From an uncultured delta proteobacterium (GTDB lineage Bacteria > Desulfobacterota > Binatia > UBA9968): 64,000 nt of DNA. This document shows, piece after piece, positions 20,928-30,769 of this stretch. Position 1 is the stretch's first letter. The number at the start of each line of letters is the position of its first letter. The translations under genes and the position numbers were made by a program. A model generated the notes under the pieces. The model was not told the DNA's origin. It worked only from the letters and a program-made list of their open reading frames with translations, and did not search any database. The stretch covers positions 64,001-128,000 of the forward strand of contig CAWJBB010000061.1 of NCBI GenBank assembly GCA_963840855.1, given 5' to 3'.

Positions 20928-22232
20928 ATGGCCAAAGTGCTCCACTACATAAATCAATTCTTCGCGGGCATCGGCGGTGAAGACAAAGCCGGGCAGGAGG
21001 TCGTTTTCATTCCAGGCGCTGTTGGCGCAGGAAGCGTCGTTCACGCTGCTTTGAAGCAACAGCCTATCGAGTACGCGACCATAGTTTGCGGGGACAACTA
21101 CTTTCACGAGGAAGAAACCACAGCCCTCGCAGCGATTCATGACATCGTTGACAAATTCAATCCGGACGTCTTTCTCGCGGGCCCGGCATTCAACGCCGGC
21201 CGATATGGCCTTGCATGCGCCAAAGTATGCAGCTGGGTGCGCGACAACCGGCGTATACCGGCGATCACCGCCATGCACAAAGATAATCCTGGAACGAGAG
21301 AGATCGGCCGGCATGTCTTCGTGATTCAAACCGGCGGCTCCGCCGCGGCGATGCAAGAATGCTTGAAACGCTACGCACAGCTGATCGAAAAGTTGTTAAC
21401 GGGTGAACAGGCGGCGGCAGAAAACTTTCGGGCCGAGTATTGCTTGGCCATTCCGAGGCGCTTCACCGCGAGGTCTGGCCGTCCGGATTACGTTCGATCT
21501 GTGGATATGCTGCTGGCAAAACTCAACCACAAGCCCTACGAAAGCGAGATCCCTCGCTTCGAAACCGAGCAACATGCGATTCCTAATTTAACCGTTAGCT
21601 TGGCGGAGGCCACCCTCGCGCTGGTCACCGAAGGGGGCTTAGTGCCGAAGGGCAATCCCGACCGTTTGGAAAGCACGCGCGGCTCCAAATATTTGAAATA
21701 CTCGATCCTTGGACGCGACGATTTAAAGCGCGGCGATTTCGAAGCCATGCACACAGGGTACGACACCGCCACCGTCGACCAGGACCCCGACAGAATCGTT
21801 CCCCTGGACGCAATGCGCGGCTTAGAGAAGTCCCAAAGATTCAAGAAGCTCCACGATTACTATTTCGTCACCACTGGAACCGGCGCCATGCCGAGCAAAA
21901 TGGCAGATCTCGGCAAGGGCATCGCCGACGAGCTTGCCGGCGCCGGCGTGAACGCAGTAATTTTGACCGCCACCTGAGGAACCGGTACTCGTAGCGGCGC
22001 TACGATCGGAAGACAAATCGAATTGAAAGGCATTCCCGTCGTTCTCATCACCTGCCTCTCCAACGTCGCGTCGCAAGTGGGAATCGGAAGAATTCTCGGC
22101 GGCAACAAGTTTCACTATCCCGTCGGACAACCAGACTTGCCGCCTGAGGAAGAGCTTCGCTGGCGCGCCACCCTGCTTGAAGAAGCGCTTAAAGCGCTGG
22201 AAACACCGATCCAGGAACCGAAGATCTTCTGA
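20928..22232 (+). CDS. Glycine/betaine/sarcosine reductase selenoprotein B family (GrdB-like); in-frame TGA at 21975-21977 predicted as Sec (codon 350, 434 aa)
   Basis: HYINQFFAGIGGEDKA, CGDNYF, AGPAFNAGRYG.AC, LVTEGGLVPKGNPD; after VILTAT-TGA the same frame continues with a GrdB-like C-terminus GTGTRSGAT..IE..GIPVV...EEALKALET. Confidence 0.88.
21982..22009 (+). promoter_or_regulatory. Putative bacterial SECIS hairpin
   Basis: ccgg-tac-tcgtagc-ggc-gctacga-tcgg stem-loop starting 5 nt after the in-frame TGA; G in apical loop. Confidence 0.65.
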
Positions 22233-22253
22233 GAGAACCCGAGATGGCGTAAT

Positions 22254-22390
22254 GTTGGCAGGCTGGTCAAAAGGCCTCAGATGCGAGGCGCGCGATAGAT
22301 CGACGAGCGGAGGCGTACATTGCCAGTACGTCGCAGCGAGGAGATTGAGCGCAACGAAGCAGGTGAGGTCTTTTGGCCAGCCTGCCTAAC
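22254..22390. mobile_element. MITE-like element with about 26-bp terminal inverted repeats
   Basis: gttggcaggctggtcaaaaggcctca ... tgaggtcttttggccagcctgcctaac; partial copy at 63696-63757. Confidence 0.7.
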
Positions 22391-22697
22391 GCCAGTCGGA
22401 GTCCGCGGGGACGATATTCTTTCCAAAGCGGCGCTCCGGTGGAGCAGCTAACCACGGCTGGGTCTTTTCAAAGTAGAGCTTGAAATGGGGCGTCTGCCGG
22501 TGCGCCTCCAGTGCCGCCTCGTCGCGATAAATTTCGTAGAAATAGAAACGGTTGGAGTCGTCACGATCCCGAATCACGTCGAAACGCAAACATCCGGGCT
22601 CGTCTTTCTCCGAATGCTCCGCGTCGTAGCGCACCACTTCCAAAAACTCCGCGACATGCTCAGGCTTGACCTGGATCGTTACGTGAAGAATTACCAT
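22386..22697 (-). CDS. Antibiotic biosynthesis monooxygenase (ABM)/LsrG-like protein
   Basis: EPGCLRFDV..D..D.NRFYFYEIYRDEAALEAHRQTPHF. Confidence 0.88.
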   Translation of the reverse strand: MVILHVTIQVKPEHVAEFLEVVRYDAEHSEKDEPGCLRFDVIRDRDDSNRFYFYEIYRDEAALEAHRQTPHFKLYFEKTQPWLAAPPERRFGKNIVPADSDWR

Positions 22698-22796
22698 GGG
22701 ACACCTCCTCGCTGGGAAAATTATCCGTGAAACTTAGGCAGTACAATCCTTTGACCGCGAATTGCCGTCAAACTTCGCCGTCGATGTTGCATTTAA

Positions 22797-24035
22797 CTAC
22801 ATTGGCAGCGTGAACAACTGCTGGTCTGGCTTGATCAGGTGCTCGTGCCCCGTCTCCGTTACCGCGCAGGTGTATTCGACCTGCACCGATCCCCAGCCCA
22901 TGACCTGACTGGAAGCTTCCAGGTTGACGGTCATGCCGGGTTCCATCGGAACGTTAGACGTGTTTGGCAGAAATGGATCGTCCACCTCTTCCGCCGGGCC
23001 GAACAAGAATGGAAATTCTCGCGCCTCGAGACCGATAGTGTGGCCAACGAAAAAATTTGAATAGTCCGGCAGCCCCGCTGCGCGCACGCCGGCAACCATA
23101 GTTTCAAACAGCTCTTGCGGACGCGCGCCGGGTTTTAAGCTCTCGACCGACTTGAGCACGCCCGCCTGAACGGCGCTATAGCGTTTGCGATGCGCATCGG
23201 TGGGTTCTGCTCCGACGCTGCCGGACTTGCAAACGTCGGCGTGATAGCCATTGAGGGAGCAACCCATGTCGACGCGGAAGATATCGCCTTTCTGTAAAAC
23301 GTTTTCTTTGATCACGGGGGAGTTGCCGCCGCGACTGATGTTCATATGCATCCAGTAAACCTGCCCGCCGGCCCTTGCCACTTCGCCTTTGTAGATACCG
23401 GCCAGCTCGCTTTCTTTAACCCCCGGTTTCGCGGCCCGCAGCATCGCATTGATCGCTTGTTCGTTGAGCGCGGCCGACTCTCTCAACCGCTGAATTTCAG
23501 CAGGTGTCTTGATCATGCGCACGTAGCGGAAGAAGCTCGACGCCGGCAACAGCTTGGCATCGGGTAAATACGATCCGATCTTTTGATAAATCGTGAGCGG
23601 AATACCGAAATGATCCATGCCGATCCGGCTCCGTCCCATGCCCTTGTCCGTAATCAACTGCGCGAGAGCTCTTTCGGGGGTCGGGCCTTTCGGCTCGCCT
23701 TCTGCTAGTTCGAGGGTGCGTTTCTCCTCATTGCACAGTTTGTTTGGATCGGGAACAAGATGCTTGCGTGAGCGCCCGTAGGTGTAAACTTCTTTGAGCC
23801 AAACCTGGTCGAGCGCCGCATATGCGACATCGCCGCTGGGAATCAGCAATGCGGGCGATTGCGCCGGGTCGCGCGAATAGACCACATAAACCTGTGACCC
23901 GCCGTAGCGATAACCGTTTTGGCTCCACGAGGCATGGCCGCTCAAGTAGTAGATATTCTCCGGCGTGGCGGCGACGACACCGGCCAGGTCATGCTTATCC
24001 ATAAGCGCAAGCAAACGATCGCGATTGTAAAGCAT
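22797..24035 (-). CDS. M24 (Xaa-Pro peptidase/creatinase-fold) family protein, paralog 1
   Basis: PENIYYLSG, RMIKTPAEI, VDMG..NGYHADV, GHTIGLE, NLE, VE. Confidence 0.85.
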   Translation of the reverse strand: MLYNRDRLLALMDKHDLAGVVAATPENIYYLSGHASWSQNGYRYGGSQVYVVYSRDPAQSPALLIPSGDVAYAALDQVWLKEVYTYGRSRKHLVPDPNKLCNEEKRTLELAEGEPKGPTPERALAQLITDKGMGRSRIGMDHFGIPLTIYQKIGSYLPDAKLLPASSFFRYVRMIKTPAEIQRLRESAALNEQAINAMLRAAKPGVKESELAGIYKGEVARAGGQVYWMHMNISRGGNSPVIKENVLQKGDIFRVDMGCSLNGYHADVCKSGSVGAEPTDAHRKRYSAVQAGVLKSVESLKPGARPQELFETMVAGVRAAGLPDYSNFFVGHTIGLEAREFPFLFGPAEEVDDPFLPNTSNVPMEPGMTVNLEASSQVMGWGSVQVEYTCAVTETGHEHLIKPDQQLFTLPM

Positions 24036-24174
24036 GAGAAAGTACCTCCCACCTAAATTCTAGTTTGATTCTAACCTGTTTATCACGGTGATGCGGGATC
24101 TTCAGACTCCGCTTTCGGATTGCCGAATGGGAATGCAGTCAAGTTTCCGCGACCCAGCAACTTTAAGTCCAACG

Positions 24175-26001
24175 CTAAGATCTTAGCAAACGGACAATCT
24201 GATCGATGCAGGCTTCTGGTTTGGCCTCTAACGTCCTGAGGTGAATTTCGGGCGCGTGCGGCGGCTCGTAGTCGCTGTCGATGCCCGTGAAGTTTTTCAG
24301 TTCGCCACGCCGCGCCTTGGCATACAGCCCTTTCACATCGCGGCGCTCACACTCCTCCAGCGGCGTATCCACGAAGACTTCGATGAACTCACCGGCATCA
24401 AACAGGCCGCGAGCCAATTCGCGCTCCGCTCGAAACGGTGAAATAAAGGCCACGATCACGATCAATCCCGCATCCACCAAGAGTTTCGCGACCTCGGACA
24501 CTCGGCGAATGTTCTCCACGCGGTCCGCCTCGGTGAATCCTAAATCCCGATTGAGCCCGTGGCGAACGTTATCGCCATCCAAGATATACGTGTGCCTGCC
24601 GTCTGCATGCAAACGCTTTTCCAAGAGATTCGCAATCGTCGACTTACCCGAACCCGAGAGCCCGGTAAACCACAGGCAACACGCCTGCTGATGCTTCATG
24701 TCGGCCCGGGCGGCTTTGCTTACCTCTAACGCTTGCCAGTGTACGTTCACGGATCGACGCAGCGCAAAATGGATTATGCCGGCGCCAACGGTTTCGTTGG
24801 TCAGCTTGTCGATGACAATGAACGCGCCCAGCCTCTTATTCTCGCGATAAGGCGCAAATGGCACGGCTCTATCGAAACTCACATTAACCGTAGCGATTTC
24901 GTTCAAGCCTAGCGTTTTGGCGGCGAGATGGGCGCCGGTGTTGACGTCTAGCCGGTGCTTGATGTGGGTGATGTTCACAGTCGCAGACTTGGTGTGGATC
25001 AGCGCAGCATAGGGGCGCCCAGGCAGCAAGGCGTGCTCGCTCATCCAGAACAGATCCGCCTCGAACTGATCAGCCGATTCAACCGGATGCGAGGCGGTTG
25101 CAATGACATCCCCCCGGCTCGCGTCGACTTCATCTTCAAGGACCAGTGTAACCGACCACCCGGCGGCCGCTTCGGCCGCGTGACCACTCCCGACTACGAT
25201 CTTCTTGACACGACTAACCACCCCCGAGGGGCTGATCCGCACACTGTCGCCGGGCCTGACCGAGCCGCTGCCGATACGCCCGGAAAATCCTCGAAAGTCT
25301 AGGTTAGGTCTGTTGACCCACTGCACCGGCATGGCAAAGGGATTTGCCGCCTCGCGGTCTTCGGCAGGGACGGTCTCGAGCCACTGCAAGAGACTCTGCC
25401 CCTCATACCAAGGCATCGCGGCATAACCCGGATCAACGATATTGTGACCTTCGAGCGCGGACAAAGGAATCGCCGCGATCGTCTCAAAGCCAAGATCCTG
25501 GGCAAAGCGACGATAGGCAAGCTCGATCTCGTCAAATACCGATTGCGACCAGCCCACAAGGTCCATCTTGTTGACGGTGAGTGCCACATGGCGGATGCCG
25601 AGCATCGAGACAATGCGGCTGTGGCGTTTGGTCTGGGTGAGCACTCCCTTACGAGCGTCGATCAGCAAGACAGCCGCCTGAGCAGTCGACGCGCCAGTCG
25701 CCATATTGCGGGTATACTGCTCATGGCCCGGGGTATCGGCCACGATGAAGCGTCGCATGGGAGTGGCGAAGAAGCGGTAGGCAACATCGATCGTAATGCC
25801 TTGCTCTCGTTCGGCCTGCAATCCGTCAACCAGCAGCGCAAAGTCCAGACGCTCGCCCTGGGTGCCGAATTTCTTGGAATCCGCCTTGAGCGCTTCCAGT
25901 TGATCCTCAAAGATCAGCTTAGTCTCGTAGAGCAAGCGGCCAATCAAAGTCGACTTGCCGTCATCGACGCTGCCGCAGGTTATGAATCGCAGGGTATCCA
26001 T
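24175..26001 (-). CDS. cysNC: Bifunctional sulfate adenylyltransferase subunit 1 / adenylylsulfate kinase
   Basis: [32 protein letters not shown]; C-terminal [28 protein letters not shown]. Confidence 0.95.
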   Translation of the reverse strand: MDTLRFITCGSVDDGKSTLIGRLLYETKLIFEDQLEALKADSKKFGTQGERLDFALLVDGLQAEREQGITIDVAYRFFATPMRRFIVADTPGHEQYTRNMATGASTAQAAVLLIDARKGVLTQTKRHSRIVSMLGIRHVALTVNKMDLVGWSQSVFDEIELAYRRFAQDLGFETIAAIPLSALEGHNIVDPGYAAMPWYEGQSLLQWLETVPAEDREAANPFAMPVQWVNRPNLDFRGFSGRIGSGSVRPGDSVRISPSGVVSRVKKIVVGSGHAAEAAAGWSVTLVLEDEVDASRGDVIATASHPVESADQFEADLFWMSEHALLPGRPYAALIHTKSATVNITHIKHRLDVNTGAHLAAKTLGLNEIATVNVSFDRAVPFAPYRENKRLGAFIVIDKLTNETVGAGIIHFALRRSVNVHWQALEVSKAARADMKHQQACCLWFTGLSGSGKSTIANLLEKRLHADGRHTYILDGDNVRHGLNRDLGFTEADRVENIRRVSEVAKLLVDAGLIVIVAFISPFRAERELARGLFDAGEFIEVFVDTPLEECERRDVKGLYAKARRGELKNFTGIDSDYEPPHAPEIHLRTLEAKPEACIDQIVRLLRS

Positions 26002-26900
26002 TAAAAATACCCTTCCTGCTTCTTGCGTTCCATGGAACCGGCGCCGTCGTGGTCGATGACGCGTCCCTGTCGCTCCGAGGTTGTCGCCCCCAAGGTTTCG
26101 GCCACGATTGCGTCGAGCGTCGTTGCGCTGCTTTCAATCGCGGCAGTCAACGGATAGCAACCAAGTGTGCGAAAACGCACCATACGCATTTCCGCTGTTT
26201 CGCCGGGCTCCAGCGGCAGCCGATCATCGTCGAGCATTATCCATTGTCCATATCGTTTAACCACCGGCCGCTTGGACGCGAAATATAGCGGAACGATCGG
26301 AATGTTCTCTTGGCGAATGTAGGCCCAGATATCGGCTTCCGTCCAGTTGGACAGCGGAAACACTCTTATCGTTTCGCCGGTATTGATTCGCGTGTTGTAA
26401 AGATTCCAAAGTTCGGGGCGCTGGGCCTTAGGATCCCAACGATGCCCGGGAGCGCGAAACGAAAAAATGCGCTCTTTGGCGCGGGATTTCTCCTCGTCGC
26501 GCCGGGCGCCGCCAAAAGCTACATCAAACCCGTAGAGATCGAGCGCTTGCTTGAGCGCCTCGGTTTTCATGACATCGGTGTGATACGCCGAACCATGGGT
26601 GATCGGCCCGATACCCTCGGCAGCGCCGCGCGGGTTGGTGTAGCTGATCAGCTCAAATCCAATTTCAGCCGCCATGCGGTCGCGGAACGCGATCATCTCC
26701 CGAAACTTCCATCCGGTATTGATGTGCATCAGAGGGAATGGGATCGGTCCGGGGTAGAACGCTTTTAGCGCCAGGCGCAACATCACCGACGAGTCTTTGC
26801 CGATCGAGTACAGCATCACCGGTTTGGCGGCGGTTGCCGCTACTTCACGAATTATCTCGATCGATTCAGACTCCAGCTCTGAAAAAATAGCGTGACCCAT
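26001..26900 (-). CDS. cysD: Sulfate adenylyltransferase subunit 2
   Basis: [45 protein letters not shown]. Confidence 0.96.
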   Translation of the reverse strand: MGHAIFSELESESIEIIREVAATAAKPVMLYSIGKDSSVMLRLALKAFYPGPIPFPLMHINTGWKFREMIAFRDRMAAEIGFELISYTNPRGAAEGIGPITHGSAYHTDVMKTEALKQALDLYGFDVAFGGARRDEEKSRAKERIFSFRAPGHRWDPKAQRPELWNLYNTRINTGETIRVFPLSNWTEADIWAYIRQENIPIVPLYFASKRPVVKRYGQWIMLDDDRLPLEPGETAEMRMVRFRTLGCYPLTAAIESSATTLDAIVAETLGATTSERQGRVIDHDGAGSMERKKQEGYF

Positions 26901-27100
26901 TTCGTTAATTTATCCCCTTATTGAATGCTTTTTCCTGTTCGCGACCATCGAAACAAACAATTTGTTATTATTGCATATCAGACACGTGCGTGAAATTCCC
27001 TTGCGGTTGCTGAAATACTCGCAGGAGCGGAGGAGAGAAATGGGGGCTGGAGAATGGGCAGTTAGAGCAATCGGCACGTGATTCTTTTTCGGCAGCCCGT

Positions 27101-27959
27101 TCAATGCTGAACGGCGCGCTTCGCGGCTAAGATACGATGAGGCCGACGCGGCGACTTCGGCAACAAGAGACCCCATTTTTGGATGAGTGGGTTCGAGATC
27201 CGGTTTGAGGCCGAATTGTTCCAGCACTTCCGTGCATACCGGCCCGACGGACGCGACCACGATATTCTTGCACGCCAAACGTAATTTCTCATCGGCCTTG
27301 TCGTCGGCGGCGACTCGGAACAGGTGATCGACCTGCGCACCGTTGGTGAAAAGCGCGATATCCACTTCGCCACCTAGAATTTCTTGAATCCCCTGGCGCA
27401 AGGGCCCAATGTCTTCCGGCAACGCCCACCGATAAATGGGAATCGTCTGCAGGACAGCGCCGCGCTGCTCGAGCGCTGACACAAGCTCCGGATTGGGAAT
27501 GCCGTATTCCTGAACCGCGATCCGTTTGCCGCGAAGTTCGACGGCCCCATCGAGAGTGGCGAGCACTTCACGCCAAGTGTTGGGTTCCGGCACGGTGATT
27601 GCGGCTTGCAATCCCAACTCTTTGAGCGCCGCGATGGGCTTTGGCCCGCGCGCCACGAGTCGCGTTTGACCTAGGGCCGAAAGGATTCTCTCCTGGGGAA
27701 ATTGCGTCAGCAGCGCGCCATTCAGCGTGCGTGTGCCGACCCCGGTCATAAGCACGAGGAGGTCGACCTCGCCGGCTTCCAGCTGCCGGAAGAGATCGAG
27801 AGCCGCGCGGTTCTCGCCGAGAGGAATTTCGCGCATCGACGGCGCGAGAATGGGCTTCCCGCCGTAGCGCCGGATTAGTTCCGCCATCTCCTTGGCGCGG
27901 CGGCTTTCGAAGGAGACAACCCTAAGCCCCTGTAGGTCGGGCCGCGAAATCGCATTCAT
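27101..27959 (-). CDS. hemD: Uroporphyrinogen-III synthase; probable frameshift near 27143 (ORF track runs on to 26910)
   Basis: ESRRA.EM..LI...GG, TGVG, ARGPKP, PIYRW.LP, FTN..QV, VGPVC, HPKMG; alternative frame ends HRILAAKRAVQH* at 27101. Confidence 0.82.
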
Positions 27960-28719
27960 GGACCGCCTGATTGTAAGACACAGGCATGAACCATTGCAAC
28001 TTATCGGCTAACGAAACGACATCGCCGACTACGATCAAAGCCGGGGGCTGAACATGCGCGGACCTTTCGACGATGTTCGCGAGAGTCCCGATAACGAGTT
28101 CTTGCGCGATTGTCGTGCCGCGATGGATCACCGCCACTGGAGTTTCCGGCCGACGGCCGTGCGCGATGAGCTTAGGGACGATGATGGGGAGATTGGCAAG
28201 GCCCATCAAAATAACCAGGGTATCCACCGCCGTCGCAAGTTTCGACCAGTCCACCGAATCCTGCGACTTGCGCGCCTCATGGCCGGTGACGACCGCGAAG
28301 GACGAGGCTAATTTCCGATGCGTCAGCGGGATACCCGCGTAGGCGGGCACCGCCACCGCAGAACTGACACCAGGAATAATCTCGAAAGGAATGCCGGCAT
28401 CCGCCAGCGCTTCAGCCTCTTCTCCACCGCGACCGAAAACGAATGGATCGCCGCCTTTCAGCCGGACCACTTCATAACCAAGCCTGGCGTAGTCGATCAA
28501 CGCCCGGTTGATCGCCTCTTGAGGAACGCAATGACGCCCCGCTTGTTTGCCCGCGAAAATCCTTTGCGCCACCGGCGAACACTCTTCGAGAATCGCCGGA
28601 TTCACGAGCTGATCGTAGACGACCACTTGGGCCTGGCGCAGCAGTTCCAATCCGCGCACCGTGAGCAAACCCGGATCGCCCGGTCCAGCGCCGACGAGAT
28701 AAACTTTGCCTGTGTTCAT
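27922..28719 (-). CDS. cobA: Uroporphyrinogen-III C-methyltransferase
   Basis: VYLVGAGPGDPGLLT, RLKGGDPFVFGRGGEE, PGVSSA, GIPLTHR. Confidence 0.95.
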   Translation of the reverse strand: MNTGKVYLVGAGPGDPGLLTVRGLELLRQAQVVVYDQLVNPAILEECSPVAQRIFAGKQAGRHCVPQEAINRALIDYARLGYEVVRLKGGDPFVFGRGGEEAEALADAGIPFEIIPGVSSAVAVPAYAGIPLTHRKLASSFAVVTGHEARKSQDSVDWSKLATAVDTLVILMGLANLPIIVPKLIAHGRRPETPVAVIHRGTTIAQELVIGTLANIVERSAHVQPPALIVVGDVVSLADKLQWFMPVSYNQAVHECDFAARPTGA

Positions 28720-29345
28720 GAAACAGCTCCCAACGTTTTGAGAAGTAGCGCTTTCGCCTGCTCGGCTTGGTCCTCTTTAAGCAAGCGGCGGAATTCCCCG
28801 GTCAACGCTTCGTTCCACACACGCGCGCTCGCGACAATAGATTTTTCCCTGAGTTCCCGGCGGACCTCGCCGGCGATTTGCACGAGTCGCGCATAGTCCG
28901 CCGTGAAGTAGTTTTCCAGTTCCTCGCGAATCGCTCGCGTCGTCGCCGGACTCGCTCCCCCCGTCGAGATCGCCACCGAAAGCTCGCCGCGGCGAACTAC
29001 CGCCGGCAGAATGAAATCGCAATTTTCCGGATCATCGGCCGAGTTGATCCAAACAGCTCGCGAACGCGCCTCTGAAAAAACCGCCTGATTGGCGACGCCG
29101 TCATCGGTGGCGACGAACACAAGGTCAAACCCCTCGATGTCCCCGGCCTCATAGGCGCGTGCCATGTATCGCAAGGCGCGTTCTCTTGCCAACTTTTCAA
29201 GCCGGTCGGTGATTGCCGGACTGACGACGGTCACAGCGGCTCCGGCGGACAAAAGCCCTTCAACTCTCCGTTCGGCCACGGGGCCGCCGCCGATCACGAC
29301 GCAGCGCCGCCGACTTACGTCGAGGAAAATCGGATAGAAGCCCAT
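28716..29345 (-). CDS. Precorrin-2 dehydrogenase/sirohydrochlorin ferrochelatase (CysG N-terminal/SirC-like)
   Basis: YPIFLD, VIGGGPVAERRV, NSADDPENCDFILPA, ISTGGASP. Confidence 0.92.
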   Translation of the reverse strand: MGFYPIFLDVSRRRCVVIGGGPVAERRVEGLLSAGAAVTVVSPAITDRLEKLARERALRYMARAYEAGDIEGFDLVFVATDDGVANQAVFSEARSRAVWINSADDPENCDFILPAVVRRGELSVAISTGGASPATTRAIREELENYFTADYARLVQIAGEVRRELREKSIVASARVWNEALTGEFRRLLKEDQAEQAKALLLKTLGAVS

Positions 29346-29418
29346 GGGTGCTTTTTCACTCGGTCATAGAAACGATGCGCAGCTCGTTTGCGGAGTCTGT
29401 CTTGCACTCCTCGGTCGC

Positions 29419-30183
29419 TCAGCTTTTCCCTTCCGAGCCGAGGTGCAGCCCGCACTCCTTGGTATCGGGATTCTCCCACCACCAACGGCCCGCGCGAAGA
29501 TCCTCGACCCGCTTGACCGCGCGGGTGCAAGGAGCGCAGCCGATACTGGAGTAGCCTTGATCGTGAAGCCGGTTGTAGGGCACGTCATTATTCCGGATAT
29601 AGTCCCACACCTGATCGTAACTCCAGTCCGCCAGCGGATTGACCTTGATAATATCGCCGTGTTCTCTGTCCAACTCGATTTTTCTTACCGCGCTCCGCGT
29701 TACGGCCTGCTCGCGGCGCAGTCCGGTCATCCACGCCCCGAGATCGTTCAGCGCGCGGTTGAGCGGCTCGACCTTGCGGATGCCGCAGCACAGTTTACGC
29801 AGTTCGACGGAGTTGTAAAACAGATTTAGCCCATGTCCCCGGACCATCTCCTGAACTTTGATGGCGTCGGGGAAATAGACTTCCACGCCCACCCGGTAAC
29901 GCGCCCGGATCGCATCCATGCAGTCGTAAGTTTCCTGGTTGAGGCGGCCGGTATCAAGGGTAAAGATCCGGAAATCCGATCCGCGCATTCGGTGCATCAA
30001 GTCGATAAGCACGGATTCTTCGGCCTGAAAAGAACAGGCCAGCGCGATGCGCGGCGAAAATTTGTCCAGCGCCCAGGCCAAAATCTCCTCAGTGGAGAGA
30101 TCCTCCAACCCCGCGGTGACTTCCGTGCGGATTAGTTCCTCGGTGTTCAGTAACGACAATTCCATTTCCATCCTTCCAGTCAA
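29419..30183 (-). CDS. cysH: Adenosine 5'-phosphosulfate reductase, [4Fe-4S] type
   Basis: LDTGRL, CCGIRKVEPL, SIGCAPCT, RAGRW, KECGLH. Confidence 0.93.
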   Translation of the reverse strand: MTGRMEMELSLLNTEELIRTEVTAGLEDLSTEEILAWALDKFSPRIALACSFQAEESVLIDLMHRMRGSDFRIFTLDTGRLNQETYDCMDAIRARYRVGVEVYFPDAIKVQEMVRGHGLNLFYNSVELRKLCCGIRKVEPLNRALNDLGAWMTGLRREQAVTRSAVRKIELDREHGDIIKVNPLADWSYDQVWDYIRNNDVPYNRLHDQGYSSIGCAPCTRAVKRVEDLRAGRWWWENPDTKECGLHLGSEGKS

Positions 30184-30761
30184 TTTTTTGACAGACGGTC
30201 CAGCAATTCTTCGGCGGAGAACGAACAGGACGCTTTGATGCGAACGGCGAATTTCCTGCGCCCATCCGGCTCGCGTTCCAAACTGATTTCGGCGCCGCCG
30301 AAAAGTTTCTTGGCCACGGCTTCGATCTCCGGCCCAACGGCGGCAAATGATTCGTCGGCATTGGGCGACGTCAACCGGTCATGGATCGCTATCACCGCCT
30401 CGTTGCCAAGCAATTTGAATTTTCCACCCAGCTTGGGCTCCCGCGCCAACTTGCTGAAGTTCTCCAGCCCCGAACGCAGCACCGCACGGAGCCTTTCTTG
30501 ATTTGAGCCGCTAAGAGGGCTCTTGCGGCTGTAGAGCAGTCCGCGCCGGTAATCCGACTCGTCGATACTGACGTTGGCGTCATTGGCAACGAGGACGATC
30601 CCCGGCCCGGCATGCATGTGGCTGTAGTCGGCGACATCGTGGTACACCCCGTCGGTGGCCTGGATCCAGCCGTGAAAAATATCGATAAAATCCGTCAGCG
30701 GAACGGTATTGGGCTGTTCGACAAACCATTTCACGCTGAGCTTTTCAAGTTCCATCTTCAC
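30180..30761 (-). CDS. Hypothetical protein within the sulfite reductase operon
   Basis: 193-aa ORF overlapping the cysH ORF start; distinctive FHGWIQ and DVADYSHMHAGPGIVL segments. Confidence 0.7.
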   Translation of the reverse strand: MKMELEKLSVKWFVEQPNTVPLTDFIDIFHGWIQATDGVYHDVADYSHMHAGPGIVLVANDANVSIDESDYRRGLLYSRKSPLSGSNQERLRAVLRSGLENFSKLAREPKLGGKFKLLGNEAVIAIHDRLTSPNADESFAAVGPEIEAVAKKLFGGAEISLEREPDGRRKFAVRIKASCSFSAEELLDRLSKN

Positions 30762-30769
30762 TTCCGTTC

